The notes under the pieces: model-generated
Databases searched by the model: none
Told to the model about the DNA's origin: nothing
What the model saw: only the letters and a program-made list of their open reading frames with translations
Program-made: the position numbers and the translations under genes
Shown here: one piece after another, positions 8,952 to 18,200 of the stretch
How positions within the stretch are numbered: the stretch's first letter is position 1
How the letters are laid out: each line of letters starts with the position of its first letter
NCBI GenBank assembly: GCA_050331735.1
Contig: JBHJGN010000027.1
Span: forward strand, 1 to 49,647
Source of the DNA: Cyanophyceae cyanobacterium
GTDB lineage: Bacteria > Cyanobacteriota > Cyanobacteriia > Cyanobacteriales > JBHJGN01
Length of the DNA stretch: 49,647 nt
Direction of reading: 5' to 3'

Positions 8952-11372
8952 CTAAAAAATATCCTTGCGTCTTTGCAACCACAGGGTGACTAATAAGTAG
9001 ATTACCGTATGCAGGCCGAGAATTCCCCAGTTTAAGCTCAGATTTTCCCAGGTGGCATCGTAGGTAGCAGAGGCTTCAAACACTTGAGCCAGAGCGTCAC
9101 CGGTGGGGGGAACTAGGGCGTTAATATCGGCCAGCGCTCCATAGGCTCCTACCGACCAGCGACTCAGCATCAGCCACGAAAGCTGACGGGAGACTCCTTC
9201 TAAGTCGAACAGCACTCCAGAAAAAATAATTTGGGGAATCATGACGAGGGGGAGAATACCGTTGGCTTCATTTTCGTTACTGACTAGAGCCGAGAGCATC
9301 AGGCTGAGACTGGTACTGGCTAGTAAAGTCGCAAAAGTCGTGATGCCGAGACCCAGGAACCAAGGAATCAGGTCAGACTCAGGAGCTGCAAAACCAACGA
9401 GAATCGCGAGGACAATTAGAAGAGTTTGGAGCAGAACTACTCCGGCCCGAATCAGCAGCTTAGATCCCAAGTAGGAAAGAATGCCGAGGTTAATCAGGCG
9501 CTCTCTGCGGTAGATGGCTGATTCTTTGACAATTTCGCGGACGGAGTTAGAGAGTCCGAGCCAAATCGCGATACAGCTAAAAATAAATAATAACCGGAGA
9601 GCCAGCGGAGCCTGGGTTACTGTCGGGGAGTCGAGGCGGCTAAGAGGGGTTTCGCCCTGGAGACAGAGAGCCGTCAGCGCAATGGTAATCGGTCCAGAGA
9701 GCAGCGTAAAGGCAAGACTAGCGCGATCGCGCCCCACTAGCTGGCAATAGCGCTGGCTGAGCAGCAGCAGTTGCTTGAGAGGAGATTCGGTATGGAGAGC
9801 TGAATCGGTGGCTAACTGCTGTTCTTTGCCGGGGCTGAGGGAGGTTTTAATATAGGTTTGGTATTGAACAGAATTGTGGTATCGTTGGGCCCATTCCTCC
9901 GCCACGGCTCGGCTGTCTGCTTCAGTGCTGCCCTGCTCTAGCTTGAGGTAAATATCGGAAAAATACTTGAAATCTATCGAAGGCATGTCGAAAAATTCGA
10001 GGGCTTCTTGAGGCGGGCCGAAGTAGCAAAGCTTCCCACCTCTAGCGAGAAACACAATGCGATCGCACACCTCAATATTGGCGGTAGCGTGGGTGACTAA
10101 AATAATCGTTCGCTCTTGGTCGGCTAAATCTCTGAGTAACCTCATCATTTCTTTATCCAGTCCCGGATCGAGACCGGATGTGGGTTCATCGAGAAAAAAC
10201 AGTTTGGGATCGGCCAGGAGTTCTACGCCGATACTGACGCGCTTGCGTTGGCCGCCGCTGAGGTAGCGCACAAAGCTGCTTCTGACATGAACGAGCTTAA
10301 CCTGCTCCAGCGTAGCATCGACGACCTGCTGAATATCGGTATCTGGCGGCAAGCGCAGCCGACAAGCATAGGTGAGGACTTCCTCCACCGTCAGATCGAG
10401 ATGCACAATATCATCTTGAGGGACATAGCCAATCTGCGAGCGATACATGCCCCAGTGCTGCCGCAGATCGTCCCCGTTCAGAAATACTTTGCCGGAGTTG
10501 GTTGGCTCAATGCCGAGCAGAGCTTTCATCAGCGTCGATTTTCCGGCTCCGCTCCCTCCTACTAGAGCAACAAGCTGTCCTGGTTCGATGACCAGGGAGA
10601 TATCGCTGAGGATGATCTTTTCTCCCGTCTGTTTGTCTGGTACTCGGCGACGCAGGCGGTGGGCATCGAGGCGGATCTGATGTCCGGAGTTAATCAGCTC
10701 GAGGGCTTCTCTCTGGTAGAGGAGCGTAAAGGGACCAATCTGAATCGTATTGCCGTTGCTGAGGGAGAGCCGCTTTTCTAGTCGTTTGCCATTGACGAAA
10801 GTACCATTGGTGCTGAGATCCTGGAGGATATGTCCCCCCTGATTGTCGGGATAAATGGTGGCGTGAAGGCGCGAAACCGTGGGGGAATCTAGCTGCATCG
10901 AGGCATAGCGGTCTGGGCTAGGAGAGCGACCCAGTTCTACCGGCCAATCCTTCAGCCCTCGTAACACCAGACGGCGCTTGCTGGGCAGTACGGGGTGACT
11001 ACTGAGGGGATTGAAGTAGGTTAAAAGAATTTGGTTGCGAGGATCTTGCCCAATCTCGAGCTGGGCTCCGTGAGTCAGCAAGTAGCCCTCAGAAATGTTG
11101 ATCCGCGTACGGTCGATAAAGAGACCGTTGCGACTGGGATGGGTGCGATCGCCGTCATAGATTCGATAGTTGTCGGCTTCTTTTTGCAGCACGGCTTGCC
11201 GGCGGGAGAGAACTTTCCAGCCTGTTTCGGGAATTTCTAAATCTGACCACTGCGGATCTCGTCCGAGTCGATGAACCTCTTGATGAAGAGGCAGTCGCAG
11301 GGTTTGTCCTTGATTTTTGAGTTCCAAAAAGGGCTGAGTGCCCACAATGGTCGCTTGAGCCAAACTATTCAT
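8952..11372 (-). CDS. FHA-FHA-ABC(G-type) exporter, Rv1747-like architecture
   Basis: Two FHA domains (GR..SRRQA..SRNG; GR..SRLHA..STNG), Walker A GGSGAGKS, LSGGQ, FFLDEP, and a C-terminal ABC2 membrane domain. ATG 11372 chosen over TTG 11399. Confidence 0.92.
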   Translation of the reverse strand: MNSLAQATIVGTQPFLELKNQGQTLRLPLHQEVHRLGRDPQWSDLEIPETGWKVLSRRQAVLQKEADNYRIYDGDRTHPSRNGLFIDRTRINISEGYLLTHGAQLEIGQDPRNQILLTYFNPLSSHPVLPSKRRLVLRGLKDWPVELGRSPSPDRYASMQLDSPTVSRLHATIYPDNQGGHILQDLSTNGTFVNGKRLEKRLSLSNGNTIQIGPFTLLYQREALELINSGHQIRLDAHRLRRRVPDKQTGEKIILSDISLVIEPGQLVALVGGSGAGKSTLMKALLGIEPTNSGKVFLNGDDLRQHWGMYRSQIGYVPQDDIVHLDLTVEEVLTYACRLRLPPDTDIQQVVDATLEQVKLVHVRSSFVRYLSGGQRKRVSIGVELLADPKLFFLDEPTSGLDPGLDKEMMRLLRDLADQERTIILVTHATANIEVCDRIVFLARGGKLCYFGPPQEALEFFDMPSIDFKYFSDIYLKLEQGSTEADSRAVAEEWAQRYHNSVQYQTYIKTSLSPGKEQQLATDSALHTESPLKQLLLLSQRYCQLVGRDRASLAFTLLSGPITIALTALCLQGETPLSRLDSPTVTQAPLALRLLFIFSCIAIWLGLSNSVREIVKESAIYRRERLINLGILSYLGSKLLIRAGVVLLQTLLIVLAILVGFAAPESDLIPWFLGLGITTFATLLASTSLSLMLSALVSNENEANGILPLVMIPQIIFSGVLFDLEGVSRQLSWLMLSRWSVGAYGALADINALVPPTGDALAQVFEASATYDATWENLSLNWGILGLHTVIYLLVTLWLQRRKDIF

Positions 11373-11777
11373 AGAAGAGGATGCGTATTTAAAGAGCAAC
11401 GAATGCGATCGCGGCCTGTCTCAGGAAATGCTTTCTACATGGCCCTGTGCTAGTGGCAGGCAGTTTTTTGGCTAAGGCAGACTTCCGTCGAGCAATGAAA
11501 AGATGACAGCAACGACAATCACCCCCTGCTGCCGTTAAAATCTCCCCACACACCTAAACGACTACCGTTCGAGAGCTGTTAAGAATGCGCTCTCTGCCGC
11601 CGTTTTCTCGGGCAGTTTGAAAATGATAATAATCTGTTTTTTCTCCAAAAGCTAGCGCTTTACAGGAGCTTTACAGAAAGTGGGGCTCATCTTGGGACGA
11701 CAGAGTGCATAAATTGACATCACCGAACCTATTAAGTCTATGAAGCCAATCAACCACGACTCCAAGAGGTACTCACA

Positions 11778-12188
11778 ATGTTTTGGACTAACACAACGCC
11801 CCGGATTGTTCTCGGCATTCTGCTCGGCTCTGTAACCGTCAGTCTGGCCCCACACCCCGCTGCGGCACTCACGCCCCTCGACTTGATTCAAATTCCTCTG
11901 AATGCCGTTAGCGGTGGCACTCCCGAACCGCTGCCCAATCGCAATATCGATGTGTTTAAAGAGAACCTCAACGGCAATCAGCTCAATCTGTGCATAGCGC
12001 CAGCGCCCTGTAGCACACCGAGTGCGCCGCGTCCCTCGGCTCCCAGACCTACTGGGGTTGCTCCAGTCCGTGGTCCGATTGCTCCCCCGAGGGCTGTCAC
12101 CCCAACACCACCCCGGACTGTCCCCCAGACGGCTGCTCCTCCGTCATCGGGTCCGGTCCTGACTGTCCCGCCCATCAAGTTGTTTTAA
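11778..12188 (+). CDS. Small secreted Pro-rich hypothetical protein
   Basis: GAGG RBS; signal peptide ending AAA|LT; Cys pair; P/T/A-rich tail. Divergent from the ABC exporter. Confidence 0.75.
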   Translation: MFWTNTTPRIVLGILLGSVTVSLAPHPAAALTPLDLIQIPLNAVSGGTPEPLPNRNIDVFKENLNGNQLNLCIAPAPCSTPSAPRPSAPRPTGVAPVRGPIAPPRAVTPTPPRTVPQTAAPPSSGPVLTVPPIKLF

Positions 12189-12496
12189 TGCAAGGAGCGT
12201 CTTTCGTCTAGCCTGTTTCGGCAACCGTGAAGAAATTACAAAGAGAACGACTTGTCAAGCCTTGAGCAGAAAACCCTTCCCTCTGGGGAGGGGACAGCCG
12301 CGATCACGACGGCATTGGCTAGATGAAGCCGAATTTATAGATTCAAAGCAGCACGTCTTTAAATCTCTTCAAGGAGGCGGGGATGGAAAACACTGTGGTA
12401 AACAAATATTACGAGAACAGATTTTGTTTGCATACCCGAAGCACCGCTACCTAAAAACACTGGTAACTGCATATATAAAAAAGGAGACTTCAGTTC

Positions 12497-13738
12497 ATGA
12501 GTGCAATTGACGGGACTACCTCGGACGATATTCTAAACGGAACCACTAGCGATGATTATCTGTACGCTAAGTCGGGTAACGACAAACTGTATGGCAATTT
12601 AGGTCAAGATACTCTAGAAGGGCATGAAGGAAACGATACTCTATACGGCGACAACGATAGCGACCTCCTCAGAGGAGGGGTAGGCAACGACTCTCTCCAC
12701 GGCGGTGATGGGAACGATACAATGTATGGCGGACAGAGAGGCAGCCAGATTGAAGTTGACTCCTTAACTGGTGAGGTCGGTCAAGATCTGTTCGTCTTGG
12801 GAACTTATCACGGCAATTTTTATTCTCAAGGCGGCAATAGCGACTATGCCATCATTACAGATTTTGAAAAAGGACAAGATCGAGTTTTATTGGATGAAGG
12901 CAGCTATCGCCTGGAAACTTCTCCTATTGCTGGCAGATCGGGAACCGCGATCTATAGCGGTAGCGAACTTATCGGTATCCTCGAAGGGGTAGATAGTTCT
13001 GGTCTGGCGTTTGGCGACAACGGCTTTACTACGATATTGTCTTTGCATGGGGAAACCAGCATTAGTAATGACGTCGTTGTTGAAGCTGAATCTTTAGAAC
13101 TCGATGGAGACCAAGTAGAAGACTATGGCGCAGGAGAACAGCTCATCCGGTTAGGAGGTAGAGCAGCCTCTGGTACGGCTTCTTTGACTGCGGATAGTTA
13201 TGATTTATCCGGTGCCTACGATTTATCTATTGATTATTTTGACGAAAGCGATGGTCAAGCAAACCTGGAAGTTTTCATTAACGGCAGTTCTGTCGGGACT
13301 TGGATACTCGATGAAGATTCGGAGGGTCGTCTTGCTAGCGAAAGTAATCGCCGCACTCATACCCTTGAAGGGTTAGCAATTAATTCGGGTGATACGATCG
13401 AGATTGTCGGCACTTCAGACGGCACCGAGTGGGCGAGAATTGATAACCTCGTGTTTTCCCCGGTCACGGTCGAAAACAGGATTGGCTCTCTCACGGCGGG
13501 AGTAACAGAGACTGGCTCGTTGAATGCCGATAATACCGTTGATACCTATAGTTTTCAGCTCAGCGCTGCGGGCAACCTCGATTTAGACCTGTCAGCCACC
13601 AGTGGAAGTTACGAGGTACTTAATATGCCAAATTGTTCTGGAAATTCTACTCGGCGCAGTCACCATCAGCACATCCTCAAACCAAGCTGCTGCCAGCACG
13701 TCCCTCGACTGGATGCAAATTCCCCGCCAGGGTTTTAA
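12497..13738 (+). CDS. RTX/hemolysin-type Ca-binding surface protein with a carbohydrate-binding-like domain; probably C-terminally truncated
   Basis: GxxGND nonamers, DYAIITDF motif and a VEAE...RIDNL beta-sandwich. A PPC-like domain starts (DTYSFQL) and then breaks into an atypical tail after ~13615. Confidence 0.75.
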   Translation: MSAIDGTTSDDILNGTTSDDYLYAKSGNDKLYGNLGQDTLEGHEGNDTLYGDNDSDLLRGGVGNDSLHGGDGNDTMYGGQRGSQIEVDSLTGEVGQDLFVLGTYHGNFYSQGGNSDYAIITDFEKGQDRVLLDEGSYRLETSPIAGRSGTAIYSGSELIGILEGVDSSGLAFGDNGFTTILSLHGETSISNDVVVEAESLELDGDQVEDYGAGEQLIRLGGRAASGTASLTADSYDLSGAYDLSIDYFDESDGQANLEVFINGSSVGTWILDEDSEGRLASESNRRTHTLEGLAINSGDTIEIVGTSDGTEWARIDNLVFSPVTVENRIGSLTAGVTETGSLNADNTVDTYSFQLSAAGNLDLDLSATSGSYEVLNMPNCSGNSTRRSHHQHILKPSCCQHVPRLDANSPPGF

Positions 13739-13783
13739 CATGCAATTAAAGACCAGGCAACGAGCAGGCTGAAGCAGTCGAAC

Positions 13784-14590
13784 ATGAGAAAGACCGTCCG
13801 GCGAACGATCGCCCGCCTTTTAATTGCTATCTTCGGAACCATCCTATTAATTGGACTCATCCTTGCTATTGAAGCGGTTTTCGGCAGCCAGCAGAGCTGT
13901 CCGCCTCCAGAAGCCTGGTTACTTTGTCGCATCCGAGACTCTGTTCTGTTGAGCGTTGTCGAGGGCTTCAGTATTTTTGTTGCCTTAATTCTCTTTTTTC
14001 TAGAAGCTCCAGAACGAGCCAAGCAAGCCCATTACGAAGCTTGGAAAGTGATCGATACGGCTCATGGAGTCGAGACAAGCTATGCGCGTTTTCAAGCTCT
14101 ACAAGATCTCAACGAAGATCGGGTTAGCCTAAAAAGACTAGATGCCTCTGGTGCTGATCTGAAGGGAATTAATCTCAAGGCAGCGGATCTGAGCTACGCC
14201 AAGCTAGTGGGGGCGGATCTGAGTCATGCCAACCTTAGCAATGCGGATCTCAGACACGCTCATCTTGTTAGAGCCAACCTCAGCAACGCAGATTTAAGCA
14301 ATGCTCGCCTTGTTGATGTCAACTTCAGTCATGCCAAGCTCATCGACGCTGATCTAGTTAGTGCTGAGATGATTGGCGCTAATCTTAGCGATGCGCATCT
14401 TGTCGGGACTAATTTAAGCAAAGCTTATCTCGGCGATGCCGACTTGAGCAATGCTCGCCTTGACGATGCCAATCTGAGTCAAACCAAACTGTTTGGAGCT
14501 AGAAACTTAACTCCAGAACAAGTAAAAGCCGCTAAAAGCTGGCAAAAAGCCATTTATGACGAAGGTTTTCGACAGAAGCTTGGTTTGTAA
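13784..14590 (+). CDS. Membrane-anchored pentapeptide-repeat protein
   Basis: Two TM segments, HYEAWKVID..ARFQALQDL motif, A(D/N)Lxx repeats. Confidence 0.9.
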   Translation: MRKTVRRTIARLLIAIFGTILLIGLILAIEAVFGSQQSCPPPEAWLLCRIRDSVLLSVVEGFSIFVALILFFLEAPERAKQAHYEAWKVIDTAHGVETSYARFQALQDLNEDRVSLKRLDASGADLKGINLKAADLSYAKLVGADLSHANLSNADLRHAHLVRANLSNADLSNARLVDVNFSHAKLIDADLVSAEMIGANLSDAHLVGTNLSKAYLGDADLSNARLDDANLSQTKLFGARNLTPEQVKAAKSWQKAIYDEGFRQKLGL

Positions 14591-14636
14591 ACAATTTTTT
14601 GAATTCAAAATTACATTTAAACATGAGGTATTTCTG

Positions 14637-15239
14637 ATGCAATTTTCCCAAGGGAAGCGACTGATAAAATTGACAGCGCTGGGGGCGGCAGTCACAGCAG
14701 CAGTCCTATCTACTGCGACAGCATCCTTCTCTCTATCCGCTTTGGCAAACTTGATGCCCTCTCTTCAGGCTCTGACTCCGGCTGAAATTGGTTATGCTGT
14801 AATTGAAGGCACTTCAGATCCAGAGCTGTCAGGAGAAGTGTTACTGTACGAAACCAGCGCCGGTCTGCGGGTTATCGGTAATTTGATTAATACCCCTCCG
14901 GGAGTTCACGGGTTTCATATTCATGAGTTTGGGAGCTGTGCAGACCAGGGAAAAGCTGCTGGGGGTCACTACAACCCCGATGGAGTTGAGCATGGCGATT
15001 TGCTCGCTGACGGCTTTGAGCATGCCCATGCCGGGGATCTAGGCAATGTGGAGGTCTCTGAAGACGGAACGGCTGTTTGGGAGCAACTATTTCCTGGACT
15101 CACCCTCCGCAGCGGCAACTATCCTGTCGCTGGTCGCTCATTTATCCTCCATGCCGCTCCAGACGATTTGAGCCAGCCAACAGGAAACGCCGGCGCGCGA
15201 ATCGGGTGCGGTACGATTAGAGCGACCGTTTCGCCGTAG
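14637..15239 (+). CDS. sodC: Cu/Zn superoxide dismutase, exported
   Basis: HGFHIH, GGHYNP, HAGDLGN, ILHA and GNAGARIGCG motifs; GAGG RBS and signal peptide from ATG 14637. Confidence 0.9.
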   Translation: MQFSQGKRLIKLTALGAAVTAAVLSTATASFSLSALANLMPSLQALTPAEIGYAVIEGTSDPELSGEVLLYETSAGLRVIGNLINTPPGVHGFHIHEFGSCADQGKAAGGHYNPDGVEHGDLLADGFEHAHAGDLGNVEVSEDGTAVWEQLFPGLTLRSGNYPVAGRSFILHAAPDDLSQPTGNAGARIGCGTIRATVSP

Positions 15240-15281
15240 CTGGAGCGATTTACCTAAAATTGCTGTTTATCGGTTAAATCC

Positions 15282-18200
15282 ATGTGTCCAGTTGCTCTCA
15301 GTCCGGCGCCCAGTTCTCTCGAGGAGGGAATTGCCAAACTATGGTTGTTGTTAGTCGGTGTCAATCACTATCAAGATGCCAGCCTACCATCGTTGCAGTA
15401 TTCTGCGTTAGATTGTCAAGGCTTAGGCGAGGCCATTACTGAGGCTACTCAGGTTTTTCCGCAAAAATCCGTCCTGATTCATCACGATTTTGCGGCTCAC
15501 CCCCCGAAGCTAGCAACTGTTAAAAGCAGCTTAGAGCAGATTGCAGCAGCGGCTCAACCCCAGGATACGGTACTGTTTTACTTTTCGGGACACGGCATAT
15601 TGGAGCCGGACAGTCACCAGGCGGTTCTGTGCTTAGCGGATACCTCTGAGCAGGAGCTATTAAAAACGGGGCTACCACTCCACGAACTTCTCCAATGCTT
15701 AGGAGAGTGCGCCGCTCGCCAGCAGTTAGTGTGGCTCGATGCTTGTCATAGCGGTGGCATGACGCTGCGGGGAGCTCGGGGAGAGAGAACGAGGTTTGAC
15801 CCCACATCTCAACTGGTAGCCGTTCTGCGGCAGCGAGCCGCTCAAAGTCAAGGGTTTTATGCTCTCCTCTCTTGCGATCACCATCAGCAGTCTTGGGAGT
15901 TTCCAGAATTAGGTCACGGGGTCTTTACCTATTACCTGATGCGAGGCTTGCGAGGCGAGGCAGCCGATGCTCAAGGCGTTATTGAGGCAGATGCCCTATA
16001 TCAGTACGTTTACCATCAAACTCTGCGGTATATCGATACAACAAATCAGCAAATCCGCCTTATCAATCAGCAGAAAAGCAGTCGCGGGGAAAGCCAGCTT
16101 CAGTCTGAGTATCCTCTGCAAACCCCCAAACGGATTGTCGAAGGCGTTGGTCAAGTCATTCTCGGGGTGCGATCGCCCACTGATAATTTTCAGTCTCCGC
16201 GACGGGCCCTCGTTGTCGAGGGGCTGCCGAGCCAGCATACTCTCGCCTTGAGTAAAACCCTGCGCAGAGCGGGCCGCTTTGCACTGGAATACTGGCCTCG
16301 CCCCGGTCGCGAGTGGTCAGAGGTTCGAGAAGCGATTGTAGACTGTTTAGGAGCGCACCGTGATTCCTCTGCTCAGTGTCAAACTACCAAGACGATGACT
16401 GGGGAGACAACCACGGTGTTGCTCTACCTCCGAGGACACATTGAAGAGACAGCCACTGGAGAAGCCTGGCTCATTTGTGGAGACGGCACGAGATTAAGCC
16501 GTTCCTGGCTTAGACAAGCACTCCGCCGCTCGAGTATCTCACAGCAAATTGTGATTTTAGACTGTCCAGAAGGTCGGGCCCTCGATGACTGGGTAGAAGA
16601 CCTCCGGCTGAACTCCGAACAAGGTCAGTGTTTAATGGCTGGAGCTACCCCGGTAGCCGCCCCGGAACAATTTGCTCAGGCCCTATTACAGTCATTACAA
16701 GCAGCAGAGCCGCAAGCGGGACTTCCCGTTGCTGCCTGGATTGCTCAACTACAGATAGAGCTGGCAGGAACCAACCTCTCTCCGCACATTTGGCTCTCCG
16801 GAACCCAAGGAGTCATTGAAGTTTTGCCTAGCAGCACGGCTAAAGGCGAGGTTGGGGAGATAGTCGATCTCGGAATTTGCCCCTACATGGGTTTGCGAGC
16901 TTTTAGCGAAGAAGATACGGCATACTTTTACGGGCGCAAAGCATTGACTCAACGGCTAATTGCCGAATTTCACCATGCTGCTTTGGCGGTGGTGGGTGCT
17001 TCTGGGAGCGGCAAGTCTTCAGTCGTGCAGGCAGGTCTGATCGCTCAGTTACGCCAGGGGAAGCAGCTACCGGGTAGCGAACAGTGGTGGATTCGGGCTG
17101 TTCGTCCCGGCAGTAAACCAATAGCCGCCTTGAGTCGTCGCTTAGTCGATCCAGGGACAGACAAAGAGCAAGCCTATCAACAGCTACAAATCGAGGGCTT
17201 GCTCTACCAAGGAGTCGAAGGATTTGTCCGCTGGCTGCGCGTCCGGCCAGAGCCAATGGTTGTTCTGGTCGTGGACCAGTTTGAAGAGCTGTTTACTCTC
17301 AGTGCTCCCCCAGACCGCCAGCGCTTCCTAGAGCTGGTGCTCGGGGCAGTCACCCACGCCGGGGATCGGTTCAAGCTGGTGCTGTGTTTACGAGCTGATT
17401 TCGTGGCCCCCTGTTTAGAAGTGCCTGAGTTGGCCGCAATATTGCAGCACTCCAGCGTCCTAGTTCCCCCCTATTTAATCAAGGAGGATTATCGTCAAGC
17501 AATTATTAAACCAGCCGAACAGGTTGGTCTTCAGGTGGAGCCGGGGTTAGTTGAAGTCTTACTCTCAGAGCTGAATCATTCTGCTGGAGACTTACCGTTG
17601 CTTCAGTTTATCCTAGAGCAGCTCTGGGAACGTCGGCAGTCCGGGCAGCTCACGCTGTCTGCTTATCAGCAGCTTGGGGGACTCAAAGGAGCTTTAGAGC
17701 GACAGGCCCAGGCAGTCTACGAGAGCTTAGACTCAGAGGCCCAAGCCTGTGCCCGCTGGATTTTTCTGGCTTTAACGCACCTTGGAGAGGGGACAGAAGA
17801 TACTCGTCGCCGGGTTCCCAAGTCCGAATTGGCCGTCACTAAATATCCGGCTCCGCTCGTCGAAAGAACTTTGCAAAACCTCACTGCCGCAAAACTCGTG
17901 ATTGTGAACTGGGAGGAGAAAGCTGTCGGCCAAAGCCGCAGTGTCGAGTCTGAGTCGGAACCGCCACTAGAGTTGTCGCCGCAGGTAACGGTGGAGGTTG
18001 TTCACGAAATCCTGATTCGCCACTGGTCAACGCTGCGCTGGTGGTTAGAAGAGAATCGGGCGCGTCTGCGCCTCCAGCGACAGCTAGAGCAGTCTGCTCG
18101 GCTCTGGAGTCAAAGCGGTCAACAAGCCGATTTTCTCCTGCGCGGAGTCCGTCTTGCTGAGGCAGAGGAGCTGTATATTAAATATACAGACGAGCTATCT

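Noticed and set aside
8073..11372. Phosphonate import operon
   Set aside because: The ABC protein is an FHA-bearing exporter type and no PhnE-like permeases are present.
11686..11714. Possible shared promoter motif CATCT-N12-14-G(C/A)ATA upstream of 11778 and the PEP-CTERM gene (candidate sigma target)
   Set aside because: Too short, variable spacing and too few instances; needs motif discovery across orthologs.
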